Positions 52,053 to 64,000 of a stretch of DNA of 64,000 nt are shown here, piece after piece. Each line of letters opens with the position of its first letter. The first letter of the stretch is position 1. The position numbers were made by a program, and so were the translations under genes. This stretch comes from Octopus sinensis (taxonomy: Eukaryota): the NCBI RefSeq assembly GCF_006345805.1, contig NC_043006.1, forward strand, positions 96,782,001-96,846,000. Direction: 5' to 3'. The notes under the pieces were generated by a model, which was given only the letters and a program-made list of their open reading frames with translations, was not told the origin of the DNA and ran no database searches.

Positions 52053-53179
52053 TACATACATACATACATACATGCATGTGCGTGTTTGTGTGTTTGTATG
52101 TACGTATGTATATGGAAAGAGAGGCCGATAGAAATGGGACATTTCCCATCTGAACAACATTTAGTATTAACCTTAAAGAGAAGATTCAACATGGGGTAAA
52201 TAGAAAATGTGTGTGTACATATACGGAAGCAGGCTTTTAATGTCTATGTATGTACGTGTGTATGTACGTATATGTGTATACCCTTACAAAAGTGCACATG
52301 TATGTTTACATAAATGCATGTAAAAAGTGTGCAAAATTTACTAGAGTCTAAGCACAAAAGTACTAAATTTATTTATATAAAGTTAGAATTTACATTTGTG
52401 TATATATATATATATATGTGTGTGTTTGTATATGCATATACATTACATACGTATATGTATGTATACAAACATGTATGAATATAAATACATGCATATACAT
52501 GTGTGTGAGGGTCTGTATTTGTTTATGTCTTTTTCTAAATGCATAAATCAACTTGTAAAATAATTACTGTAACATAGTAAATGATTAGGTAAATGTTGGC
52601 TCAAAAGTCAGACATTGTAATCAGAGATCATAACCAGATATTGCTTGAAAACCAGCCTACTTTCAACTTCCTTTCTTATTTTGTTTTTAATAGGTTAAAA
52701 TCAACTTCATTCAACGCATATTATTAATTATGCTTGACAATTAATAATGTGATATCTATCTGACAATTGTAAGTGATAACCATCAGTAAGATATTAAAAG
52801 AAATTAGATATAATATTACTATAACTTTATCTCGACAAGAAAGAAGATTTGTCTTTCGTTTTTTTATCTTCAGGGAAATATAAAATGTATAAAACGAATG
52901 TGTCTGGCGGCGGAGATGGATGGTATTTCATTTTAAAAGCTTATGGTGAAACGAAAGTCTAGCCATGAGATTAAATGTTGATACTTGTAATGACTTACCA
53001 GACTACTTATTAGCTTTGAGGTTATTTCATTTGAAAAGCGAAACTAGCTTGATGTTTTAAAAAAAATTAGATTCAGTAGGACGTTCACCATATTACAAAC
53101 CTCTCACCTAATTAAGTGTATCAGCTTATAACAAAATACAACGAACCTAACATAAATGCAATATTAATCCTGCTGCTTC

Positions 53180-53194
53180 TTCCACCACCACTAT

Positions 53195-53230
<36 letters not shown>

Positions 53231-53231
53231 A

Positions 53232-53296
<65 letters not shown>

Positions 53297-53300
53297 TACT
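53180..53300. repeat. (CTA)n microsatellite
   Basis: Direct reading. Confidence 0.95.
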
Positions 53301-53309
53301 AAAAATAAT

Positions 53310-53516
53310 AATATCGGTTTCAAATTTTGGCGCAAGGGGGAGGTGCTAAGTCAATTAAATAGGCTCCAGTGCTCAACCGGTATTTATTTTATCAACCACA
53401 AAAGGATGAAATACAAAGTCAGTCCCGGCGGCATTTGATCCCAGAACGTAAAGACGGACAAAATACCACTAGGCATTTTTTCATGGTGTGCTAAGGATTC
53501 TGTTGGCCCGCCGTCT
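53310..53516 (-). mobile_element. Family B SINE (B1 tail)
   Basis: Core and head reverse-complement matches. Confidence 0.7.
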
Positions 53517-53529
53517 TAATAATATTGAA

Positions 53530-53880
53530 CTTTACAATCACAAATTATGAAAAAGTCAATATGAGAGTTGTAGAGAAAATAGCCAAGTACCAGAACCTAG
53601 CCATTGATTTACAGAGGATAAGGAATGTGCGGGTAAAATGGATCTCTGAAATTATAGATGCATAAAGAACTATTCCTAAAGATTTGAACAAATGGACAGT
53701 GGACATAGGCATAAAACCTAGTTCAGTGCAGCTCTAGAAAACAATATTATTAGGAACGTAGAATACTTAGGAAAGTTTTTGGCATCTGAATTTAGTTCTT
53801 GTAGCCTCTGACAGGAAGTTTTTCCAACAGTCTAATCTGTTGTGCGTATATGGAAAAATAATAAGTGAATGAATGATACC
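53530..53880 (+). mobile_element. R4/Dong RLE C-terminal fragment
   Basis: EKIAKYQNLAIDLQRIRNVRVK..TIPKDLNKW..IGIKPSSVQL*KTILLGT. Confidence 0.75.
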
Positions 53881-53884
53881 AAGG

Positions 53885-54551
53885 CTGAACAGACTGAGGG
53901 ATATGTGGCTAAGAGAGGAAAATTAATGTAAAATAAAAAACGCACATGAACAATTGGCTGGTAGGTGGGAGAAGAAATCTCCCCGTGGAAAGTATATGGC
54001 CCGTAGCAAACAAGCTGATGCTGACCAGAAGCACACCCATCAGTGACTATGAAGCACGGGGGTGCAGAGAGCGAATGCTTTATCTTAGCTGCTCAATATC
54101 AAAGTTTATTGTCCCGGGACTACCGAACCAAATGATGAAATATCCAAAGTGCCGATTCTGCAATGATGAGATTGTTACAGTAGATGACTTAACCCCTGCA
54201 TGTAAGTTTTAGCGGCAGTGGAGCATAAATCAAGACATGACAGAGTTGGCCAATATCTTCACTGTTTAATATGTTGGGTATAAAATTAAAATGGTTGGCA
54301 AGTGGTACAAGTACCATCCTGAGGGTGTAATTGAGGGATAAAATGTAACGATTCTTTGAGAATCTCCTGTATATACAGGCAGAGCCATCAGAGCTAATAA
54401 ACTGGAAATTTTTTCTACGTAGCTTTCTTCAATTTTGTAAATGAACTACCTGGTGTGTTTATTTTAATGGCCTATCAATACTGAGTTTCTTGGTTGGGTA
54501 TCGGGGAGACACCCAGCAAGAAATGGAAACAAAATTGAAGGAAGAAAATTT
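53885..54551 (+). mobile_element. Decayed R4/Dong fragment ending at an (AAT)n array
   Basis: WEKKSPRGKY, FILAAQYQSL, CRFCNDEIVTVDDLTPAC, RHDRVGQYLH, AIRANK; (AAT)n from 54552. Confidence 0.75.
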
Positions 54552-54555
54552 AATG

Positions 54556-54591
<36 letters not shown>

Positions 54592-55779
54592 TAATAATAA
54601 TAATAATAATGATAATAATAATATAATAACAATAATAAATCGATGAGATTTAGTAATGAGAATACTGATAGAAGACGGCGTAGTGATAACCATTATCACA
54701 ACAAAAAGCAACAGATAAATCGAATAAAAACTTAATATATTTAACGATAGGCACATTGTTGAACAGCTGCAATAATTTATATGCAAAATTTATTGATTTT
54801 TACGTCATGTAATTAATGCATTACAAACATTCGAAGTAGGTTGCGATTGGATACCTCATGAATATACTGACACGTCATACAATTACCAGTCATATTTTGT
54901 TCGTCCATGTGAAAATATTTAAGGAATACAAATAAGAATTTTATCGGTGATACCATTATTAAAAGGTATATGCGTATTTTCTGTTTAAGGAATATATGTG
55001 CGAAAATGGAGCGTAGGGAACTTTACTCCCCTAGAAAAAAAAGCTGTTACTTAAATCTCTTGGAGAGGAATATGTTTCTATTTATCATGCATATTTTACA
55101 GTCACATTATACAAGAAAAGTGAAGCCATCACAATATTCTGTTATATAATTTGAAGAAAATATAACTGATTTAAAATGGATGAATTTCAACATACTAGCT
55201 AACTTTAAAATATACACTCTCGCAGCCAAATTTTCAAAGTTTCACATTTTCGCACAAGACCAGCAGCTTCAGAGGAGGGGTAAGTTGATTACATTGACCC
55301 CAGTCGCTACTCCTTTTATCGACCTTCAAAGGATGAAATGTAAAATCGAACTCAGAACGAAATGCCGCTATTTTTTCCGGTGTGCTTACGATTCTGCGGG
55401 CTCATCGCCTTTTTATGGCCAAAGTCATACGAAATATCACAATGAAGCATTAAAAATTATATCATGATGGAAACAAATAACAAACAAAAATAGAACAAGG
55501 AATAAACCACGATGATAGATCTCTCAACATGGAACACATTACAAACGGACACAAGACACAACGAAAACAAATTCTAATATTCCTAGAGAATATTGACTGA
55601 CAAGATCCGAACCAGAAAAGGATAAACAAAATATGAATAAAAAGTTTATGACAAGGATTTCAAAGTAAGACATTCTAAGAGTGAAAAACAAGACAACGGC
55701 TATGATTTAACGATGGTGATAATTAACAGAATTCTTAGTAATTTTCTTGCTGATCAGCAAAGTAACTTCGAAGCAATAA

Positions 55780-56030
55780 ACACAACAAAATAGTAACAAC
55801 AGTAAATATCGCAAACCTGGCCATTACATACTTAAATGATTAGACCCGAACATCAACGTCACCGAGGTTAAACTAAATACTTAATGGTGCAGCCACGGTA
55901 TTTGCATAGGAAAGTGGGCATTCCTTCATATCTATTCGAATAGGAATATTAAATAACCATTAAGACTAGACGGATGGATCTTAGTTCTTTAACAAAAAGA
56001 TAGTAATATACTGAGAAGCTTGCAAAGGCA
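55780..56030 (+). mobile_element. Possible N-terminal R4/Dong remnant
   Basis: Weak traces NGAATVFA and IKTRRMDLSSL. Confidence 0.3.
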
Positions 56031-56139
56031 AATGGTCGAAGTGTTGTCTTACATTTTCATTCAGTATTTTAAAAAATGATCCCGCAATTATAACCTCAAT
56101 AGCAGAATTTTCTGTTGTCAATATTTTATCAACACTATC

Positions 56140-56270
56140 CCACCGAGGTCGAATTTGTCTTTCATACTTTTGGGGGTCGACAAATTAAATACCAGTTGCG
56201 TACTTGGATCGATGTAATCGACTGGCTCCTTCCCCATAAATTTCGGGCCTGGTGCCTAGAGTAGAAACGA
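56140..56270 (+). mobile_element. Family B SINE, 5'-truncated (B1 tail)
   Basis: ccgaggtcgaatttgtctttcat..gatgtaatcgactggc..gtgcctagagtagaaa. Confidence 0.75.
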
Positions 56271-58236
56271 AAAGAATATTTTATCAACTCTGTTATACCT
56301 CAGAATTTACTTATCATCCTCTTCTTTCTCTGTATTAATGAACTTTCTGATACTCCTAATCATGCACACACACACACGTACACACACACACACACATCCA
56401 CACACACACACACACACATACATCCACACACACACACACACACACTTCATTTTTCCTGGACACAGAAAAGGAATTGACTTAACTCAGTGCTTGAGTGTTA
56501 TTTTATTTTATCCATATCGGAAATCAAAAGGCGAAGTTGACCTTTGCAGAATTTGAACGCAGAATCGAAACAGACGTAATTAAATACCACAGGGAACTTC
56601 TCTCATCCCCTTGGTGACTCTAAAATCTACTTGAAACTATATATGATAACAATTACTAACGTAGCCATGAAGCCCACATATTTGGGTGTGCTGTGTGTCG
56701 CTTAAATCAACCCCAGTATTTGACTTGTGCTTAATTGAACGTGTGAGGATAAAAGGTAAAGTTTTGTCTGTGTAGGATTTGAACTCAAAAGGTATAGAGT
56801 CGAAACTGAATACCCGTGCACTAACGATTCTGTTATTCACACTTTATATAATAATACACACATTAGAAACGACGATCATTCTTAAACTACACGTTTGTTG
56901 ACCCCATATCTAATATAGATAATCCAACTCTTGATGCCTTTGTTCTTCCTTGTTATTCTTCTACTACGGCAACGACGACAAGCCGTATAAACGTTATCTA
57001 AGTAGCGAACATTTCATATTAAAACCGGATTATATGAAACTCCAATCAAATCATCTCAGTGGATTGTATCTCTCTGTAAATGACTTCGTTACATGATAAC
57101 GATTGAATGTTAGCTGGTCAAGTCGATGTAATGACGTTTAACTTGTTGAAGAGGGATTTTTTCGGGTTTACTGGTCTGTGATTCTTGTCGATCCACCGCC
57201 GTTGTGTTGTGTCTCTAAACAAGACATCTAAACGGCCTTATCCGACGAACTGCAAACAGGCATTATAATTATGATAAAGTTTAGCTATGTTAGCAATAGT
57301 CTCTTTGTGTAATTCTGCAGTAGTTTGTTAAGAGGTAAAATTCTTCAAAATTTAAGCATATAGCTTGGAGTGAAAGTGTTTCAAGGTTTTCAACATGTTA
57401 ACTTTTGTAAGAGACATGAGACGTTTGCAAAACTTTTTAATGGTTACTTAGATGAAGTCAATCAGTTTAATTATCATATGAATAAACGAAATAAGTTTCA
57501 CTAAATCTTACCAAATATCAATCATATATTGGTACATTCTGAATTTCATTTTATAAGAAAAAATCCACAATTTTATTTTTCAGTGTGGAAGAAAAGAAGT
57601 CCAACATCTAATGGAATCCCATGTCGTAGTGGGAGATAAAATATTTTCCATTAGGGCTGAATAAATAGAAAACACATTTTGATCTGAAGAAGGAGATTGA
57701 GCTAAACTTTATGCTCCTTCTTTACAGCATAAAATATCTTCGATTCTTAAACTCTTTGCAATTATCGTTTACTGACGCAAACATGACTAATTTCCTTCGA
57801 TTCTGCTCTTTCTCCGTTGTAACAACAATTATTTGTTATAAATTTCCAATAATTTGTTCGTACTTTGAAAGGAATTCTTACCCTCGTACAAAACCACTTG
57901 CAGCAAGAATTGATATTAAGTAACGCCCGTTTTTCTCCAGTAAGTTTGAGGCAGTTATAGACGTTTGAACTCTTTAATGCCTTTGCAAAAATATACGAAC
58001 GTCGTCGACTTATTTATCTTTACGACATTTGAAATACAAATTTTTCTTGAAATTTAACTTCCAGACCTATTTACCAGGAGTGTATCTCCGGGGCATATAA
58101 ATCATCTAAAAATTACAGAAAGACCAAGACTGCAGATGCTGATATCTCGGACAAAAATATTCATAGAATATATTGTAAGATAATCATTCTAACTGCTCTA
58201 AAACAGAAAGAATTAACGTGTTTCTTTGTTTTATAA

Positions 58237-58626
58237 TTCTTTCTATTATAAGCACAAGGCATGGACTTTTTGTGGGGAGGGGGTCCAGTCGATTACATCA
58301 ATTCAAGTGCATATCTGATACTTTGTTTATCGACCCCGAAATGATGAAAGGCAAAGTCAATCCCGGCGGAATTTGAACTCAGAATGTAGCATCAGACTAA
58401 ATAACTATTTCTTTACTACCCACAAGGGGCTAAACACAGAGCGGACAGACAAACAGATTAAGTTGATTATATCGACCCCAGTGCGTAACTGGTACTTATT
58501 TAATCGACCCCGAAAGGATGAAAGACAAAGTCGACCTCAGCAGATTTTGAACTCAGAATGTAGCGGCAGGCGTAATACCGCTAAGCATTTCGCCCGGCGT
58601 GCTAACGTTTCTGCCAGCTCGCCGCC
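58237..58626 (-). mobile_element. Dimeric family B SINE
   Basis: Junction agactaaataa|ctatttctttactacccacaagggg at about 58404. Confidence 0.85.
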
Positions 58627-58644
58627 TTTTTCCTTGTTTTATAA

Positions 58645-58912
58645 TAACAATATAAAAAGTAGAGTGAAGGCTCGTGGCTAGGGTATTAGGCTCACGATCG
58701 CATAATTGTGAGTTCAATTCCCTGCAATGCGTTGTATCTTTGGGCAAAACACTTGCTTCACAACCACATGGTTCCGGGGTTCAGTCCCACAGCGAGGCAC
58801 CTTGGTCAAGTGTCTCCTATTATAGGTTGGGCTGACCAAAACCTTGTGAGTGGATTTGGTTAACGGAAACTGAAAGAAGCCCGTCATATATATGTGTCTA
58901 TATGTATGTATA

Positions 58913-58957
<45 letters not shown>

Positions 58958-59205
58958 TCATGTATGTATGTATGTATATGTATATATGAGTGTGTGTCCC
59001 TGTATCTCCATTTGGCAACTAATGATGGTGTGTTTACATCCGTGCAACTTAGCTGTTCAGCAAAAAGTTTCGATAGAGTAAGTATGAGGCTTAAAATATA
59101 AGTCCTTGGGTTGATTTGTTCAACTAAAACCCTTCAAAGCGATGCTCCAGCATGGCCACAGTCAAATGGCTGAATCAAGTAAAAGAATAAATGAATAAAA
59201 GAATT
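58645..59205 (+). mobile_element. Family A SINE preceded by a second tRNA-like SINE head
   Basis: gtggctagggtatt..gagttcaattcc..ctttgggcaaaacactt (58645-58755) runs into the family A body and tail. Confidence 0.7.
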
Positions 59206-59454
59206 AAACTAACTTTGGCAAATAATCTGAACCTGGTCATCTGTGACCATCAATAATGATTTCTGAATTAAATAAATGACCACACAACTTGTGACCGCTA
59301 CTCGATTATGTTCCTCTCAAATAAACTGGACCCGACCCCGAAACAATGAAAGGCAAAGTCGATTTCGACATTATTCTTTCTTATTTTTTGTCTTTTTTTC
59401 TATTTGTATTTGGAGGCATGACAGGAACTGGCAGAGGAAAGGAATATAGGGAGT

Positions 59455-59845
59455 TGTCTTCAAACCTCCATTCATCTTCTCACACGGCTTCAGACTCAAC
59501 GCAGAGGCCTACATCAAGTTCCTGGAGGAGGTAATGCTGCCCTATGTCAAGAGGGTGGCTGCTGGAAGAGCCTATGTCTGGCAACAGGGCTCTGACCATG
59601 CCACACAAGCAGGAGAACCCAGTCGTGGATGTCAGACAATTTTTGCGACTACATCACCCCTAACATCTATCCCCCTAACTCATCAGACTGCAACCCCCTT
59701 GATTATTATGTGCAAGGCGCAGTTACGTGAAAGATCAGCAAAACTACTTGTTACACCAAAGATGAACTGAAGGCAAGGATTATGGATTAAGGAGACCGCC
59801 CAGAAAGGTTGCAGGAGGTTCCGAAGTCATCTGGAAGTCACACGA
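59455..59845 (+). mobile_element. maT/DD37D-like transposase remnant
   Basis: AYIKFLEEVMLPYVKRVAAGRAYVWQQ, CHTSRRTQSW, PPNSSDCNPLDYYV, TKDELKARI. Confidence 0.8.
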
Positions 59846-60093
59846 AATGAAAAGATACATTGCGGGACTGTTATTTTAACGAGTTATATTTATTCATCAC
59901 CCGAAGAGACACATCTGCACCGTTGGATGCTCCTAAACCAGTTGTGAGGGATCCATGTTAGATATGACGAAACAATTGTCATGATTAATAAAAATTCTCG
60001 TATCTTCAATATTCCGTCTTTCATTTACAATATATTGCATATATATATATGAATGTATATGAATATGTATATGCATGTATGTATATATGTATG

Positions 60094-60130
<37 letters not shown>

Positions 60131-60289
60131 AATGTGACCACGTGTGTACCGTTGGCGATTTTTTCCTCCGTCTTCCCTTCTTTGGATCTTTCCTTTTCCT
60201 ATGTTTCTAACGAAGAGCTCCGCTCAAAACGTTAAACCCTCCTTCTTCCCTTCCTTCCTCAGCGTCCAATAATACTCAACCTCATAAGC

Positions 60290-60610
60290 GGAAAGTGTAA
60301 CCTCTCGAAAGAGCTGTTCTTCACTCCTGCTCCAGAGCGTCGGCTGCGGGGTCATTCCGAAAAGCTCTACCTGCGACGATTTCATCTCAATCGAAGGAGA
60401 GGAGCTTTCTCCGTCCGGGTTGCGGATCCGTGGAACAAGCTGCCAGACGAGATGGTGAAGATGCCGACGACCGCTTTGTTCAAAGCCACCCTTGACCTCA
60501 AGTGGCCTGAACTCTTTACATGAACACCACCCTGTACTTAACTCCATGTCCCCCTACATGGCCTTGATATTTGCGTTTGAGCCAAATTAACTAACTAACT
60601 AACTAACTAA
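60290..60610 (+). mobile_element. Well-preserved CR1 LINE 3' end with (CTAA)n tail
   Basis: Open frame ..RLRGHSEKLYLRRFHLNRRRGAFSVRVADPWNKLPDEMV..LFKATLD..* then a short 3'UTR. Confidence 0.88.
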
Positions 60611-60749
60611 AGGTTGTCCTAAAAGTTCGTAGAAAGTCTTGGAAAATAATGATCTTTATTTTGAGGAATAATTTTTGTTGTTTTTGTTAGTACTTGGCGA
60701 GTAAAAATTCAATGTTCGCAAGTGTTTACGAACTTTTGGGACAACCTAA
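60610..60749. mobile_element. ~140-bp mariner-type MITE
   Basis: aggttgtcctaaaagttcgta / tacgaacttttgggacaacct; TIR resembles that of 9170-9725. Confidence 0.8.
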
Positions 60750-60812
60750 TATATTTGTTCCACGTCCTCGCGTTGTTCTGTTTTCTCTTTGTGTTTTCAT
60801 GTTTGGATTAAC

Positions 60813-60990
<178 letters not shown>

Positions 60991-61019
60991 GTTTGTATTT
61001 GTTTGTTCCTGTAGTATAG

Positions 61020-61381
61020 TCTCGGTCCAACCAAAGCCTACTCAGCATATTGGTTAGACGGAAACTGAAAGAAGCCTATCGTATATATATATATACACAA
61101 ATATTAAAAATACATACATATATATATATATATATAATATATATATATATATGTATGTATTTTATACATTTGTGTATGTGTCTGTTTTTTTCCCTCCACC
61201 ATCGTCTGACAACCGACGATAGTGTGTTTACGTTCCGTTATCTTAGCGGTTCGGCAAAAGATACCGATAGAATAAGTACTAAGCTTACAAATAATAAATC
61301 CTGGGGCCGATTTGTTCCACAAAAGGAGGTGCACCAGCATAGCCGAAGTCAAATGACTGAAAGAAGTAAAAGAATAAAAGG

Positions 61382-61382
<1 letters not shown>
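61020..61382 (+). mobile_element. SINE family A, 5'-truncated
   Basis: agacggaaactgaaagaagcc..ttagcggttcggcaaaag..gtcaaatgactgaaa. Confidence 0.8.
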
Positions 61383-61437
<55 letters not shown>

Positions 61438-61499
61438 TATTAACTTCCCAATCTCCATTTTCTTAATATATGTGCATGTGTATATATATATATATACAG

Positions 61500-61582
61500 A
61501 TGGGGTCGATGTAGTTGACTTAATCCCTTTGTCTGTCTTTGTTTGTCCCCTCTAAGTTTAGCCCCTTGTGGGCAATAAAGAT
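61500..61582 (+). mobile_element. 3' fragment of a family B monomer (B2 tail)
   Basis: ggggtcgatgtagttgacttaatccc..tttagccccttgtgggcaataaaga. Confidence 0.8.
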
Positions 61583-62066
61583 ATATATATATATGTATGT
61601 ATGTATATATATCCCATCTATAAACTATATATAGACATTGAGAGAGAGAAAAAGAAAGAGAGAGATACATATAGCATATAATATGTAGGAGTCTTACGCA
61701 GTGTGAGATCCATCTCTGGCATTGGCTTAACCTTACGTAAACCACAACGAATTATGAAACGTATATATGTAAGCCTAGTCTCAGCACTGATAGCTAATTC
61801 TAAATGACACATTAACTAACATATATGAAGTAGAACAGAATGTATATCCGTGAAGCAAATGTAATCCACATCAGGAATATGTAACACTTAATAACTACAG
61901 AAGTATGTAAGATATTTCATCGTCAACCTGATACGTATATTTCAGTGGGTAGCGAGTGTTCGCTGACTGTTGTGAAATACCAAATTGGTGAAATATCCTC
62001 TTCACATATTTTATTTTGTGTTTTTCTTACTCAATCCGTGATCATTATACTACAACAACAACAACA

Positions 62067-62109
<43 letters not shown>

Positions 62110-62178
62110 TTGCTGTTGCTGCTGCTGCTACCACCACCACCACCACCACTACTACTACTACTGCTACTACTGCTGCCG

Positions 62179-62250
<72 letters not shown>

Positions 62251-62763
62251 GTGTCAGGCACTGATTCTTGTGGCTTTTGATCTTAACAGATTGGAAGTGT
62301 TATCACATACATGTTTTGTCTTGGTATAAGAGATGGTTTTCAGCAAATATTCAGCTCAACATCTCAGACTTGCTTGTCAGTTGTTTGACCTTAACCAGTT
62401 GAGCATTCCCTTGGTGGCTGACGATATGTGCATCTCTGTTCACATGCAAAAGTAGTGGGGGACATCATAACTATGTGTTGAGAGGAATTCTTTAGGCCTT
62501 TGTTAAATTCACCTCAGGAATCATGTGTTTAGTTCAACATCATTAAACAACCCTTATTCAAGGAGCTTTTGAGTGGGATGGGCTACCTCACCTGTAGAAA
62601 ATTCTAACAGGGCCCCATCTGCAAGGTCATGTCCTGTGTATCCTTATATGAGATCACAATATCGCGTACATATGGTTGTGGTGCATGTGCCTGGTGTACC
62701 CTTATCAGACAGGTAGTCATGATAGGTATATTGGGCTTCATGTATGTTACCCTAGTGTCACTC
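62251..62763 (+). mobile_element. Family D element between (AAT)n and (GAA)n
   Basis: Reverse complement of the other family D copies; 3' end shortened between gtcact and ctcact. Confidence 0.82.
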
Positions 62764-62850
62764 AAGAAGAAGAAGAAGAAGAAGAAGAAGAAGAAGAAGA
62801 AGAAGAAGAAGAAGAAGAAGAAGAAGAAGAAGAAGAGAAGAAGAAGAAGA
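62764..62850. repeat. (GAA)n microsatellite
   Basis: Direct reading. Confidence 0.95.
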
Positions 62851-62869
62851 ATCTCTCTAAATCATAAAT

Positions 62870-63230
62870 TCCATAAGACATGGAAATCTAAGCGCAGAAG
62901 GAAATGGATGCTGGAACTTATATGAGAATCGATCTAGCCTGCCCCTTTCGATATCGAGTTAATAGAAAAAAATATGAGGAACTAGATAAATTCCAGAATA
63001 TAAAGTGGGAGTTAAGATTCCTTTGGAACTGCATGAAGGTTATGGTAATTCCTGTCATAATGCGATCACAAGGTGCAGTTTCTGAAAATATCACCAAAAG
63101 GCTTTCAAAAATTAGCATAACAATTAAATTTACGCATTTACAGAAGGCATCTCTCTTTAATCTTCAGATATGCACTGAACATCTAAAGACACGAATAACC
63201 GCTTTATGTTCAGCGAATCAGTAATACAAA
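62870..63230 (+). mobile_element. R4/Dong RLE C-terminal remnant
   Basis: IDLACPF..KFQNIKWELRFLWN..VIPVI..LQKASLF (ORF 62904-63224). Confidence 0.7.
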
Positions 63231-63254
63231 TACTGTGCGTATAAATAATAACAA

Positions 63255-63465
63255 TTCTTTCTACTAAAGGCACAACTCATGAAGTTTTTGGGGAAGGGAC
63301 TAGTCAATTACATCGACCCCACTGTTTCAATGGTACTTAATTTGTTGACCCGAAAGGATGAAAGGCAAAGTCGACCTTGGCAGAATTTGAACTCAGAACG
63401 TGAAGGACAAAATAACGCTAAGCATTTCACCTGGAGTGCTAACGATTTTGCCATTTCGACGCCGC
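63255..63465 (-). mobile_element. Family B SINE
   Basis: gacccgaaaggatgaaaggcaaagtcgacc..gaatttgaactcagaacg. Confidence 0.8.
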
Positions 63466-63509
<44 letters not shown>

Positions 63510-63526
63510 TAATAATAATAATAATA

Positions 63527-63561
<35 letters not shown>

Positions 63562-63604
63562 TAATAATAATAATAATAATAACACTAAGCAGTGACTCGC
63601 ATGT

Positions 63605-63710
63605 CTTCTTATCTGAAATGAGAAAGTTTGTTTGTTTGTCTGGTTTTGGCATTAGAACGGGTTAAAGGGCATTAGATCCCGTCAGATTGACTTCAAAATT
63701 TACAGGGACA
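63605..63710 (+). mobile_element. Possible Helitron-type non-autonomous 5' end
   Basis: aaatgagaaagtttgtttgtttgtctg..gattgacttcaaaattt resembles the openings of non-autonomous Helitrons; 3' hairpin/CTAG end not identified. Confidence 0.25.
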
Positions 63711-64000
63711 TGTAAAATGAGGTGTGGATGTGAGTGGGCTAGGTTAGAAATCCCTATCTCAAAAGGTGAGGCTACTAGAGCACAAAACGCACACTTTGAC
63801 AAGTCTTCTCTCTTTCTCTTATCTGCCTGTCTTCCTCCGTGGCTCTCTGTTTCCTCCCTTCCCATCACTTTCTCTCTATAACGACGTTTGACAGATACTA
63901 CTATCCTTCCCCCGCCGCCTTCGACAGCGCTGTCACTCTTTCCTCCACCGCCTCCTCTCTCTCTCTCTCTCTCTGTAGGTCTGTCTGCATTCATAGAGAG

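Larger units (their letters stand above)
60129..60812 (+). mobile_element. PLE-type terminal repeat (60129-60289, 60752-60812) split by nested insertions
   Basis: The two parts rejoin to match the reverse complement of 13251-13422; ends in (TA)n. Confidence 0.7.

Noticed and set aside
57300-58200. Possible decayed PLE RT on the minus strand (FSPNGKYF..GIP)
   Set aside because: Traces too weak and frame-inconsistent to call.

Overview
AT-rich eukaryotic, repeat-dominated DNA. The SINE families and extreme microsatellite load are most consistent with an octopus (coleoid cephalopod) genome; this is an inference. I can support no host protein-coding exon, rRNA, true tRNA gene or CRISPR array; almost all listed ORFs are microsatellite read-through. 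The window holds: (i) R4/Dong-type RT-RLE LINE remnants and a ~510-560 bp non-coding element, both embedded in (TAA)n arrays; (ii) CR1/L2-type and RTE LINE fragments; (iii) Penelope-like elements (a Neptune-type RT+GIY-YIG copy and a YRDD-type copy), with hammerhead-ribozyme-like motifs; (iv) three tRNA-derived SINE families, one forming a recurrent dimer and one sharing its 3' tail with a CR1 LINE; (v) mariner/maT remnants, several hairpin MITEs and a MULE-like long-TIR element. Best leads: a near-intact type I hammerhead at 47522-47612, the TAA-targeted non-autonomous family, and a perfect 37-bp templated inverted repeat at 47921/48233. Element boundaries were read by eye and may be off by a few bases.
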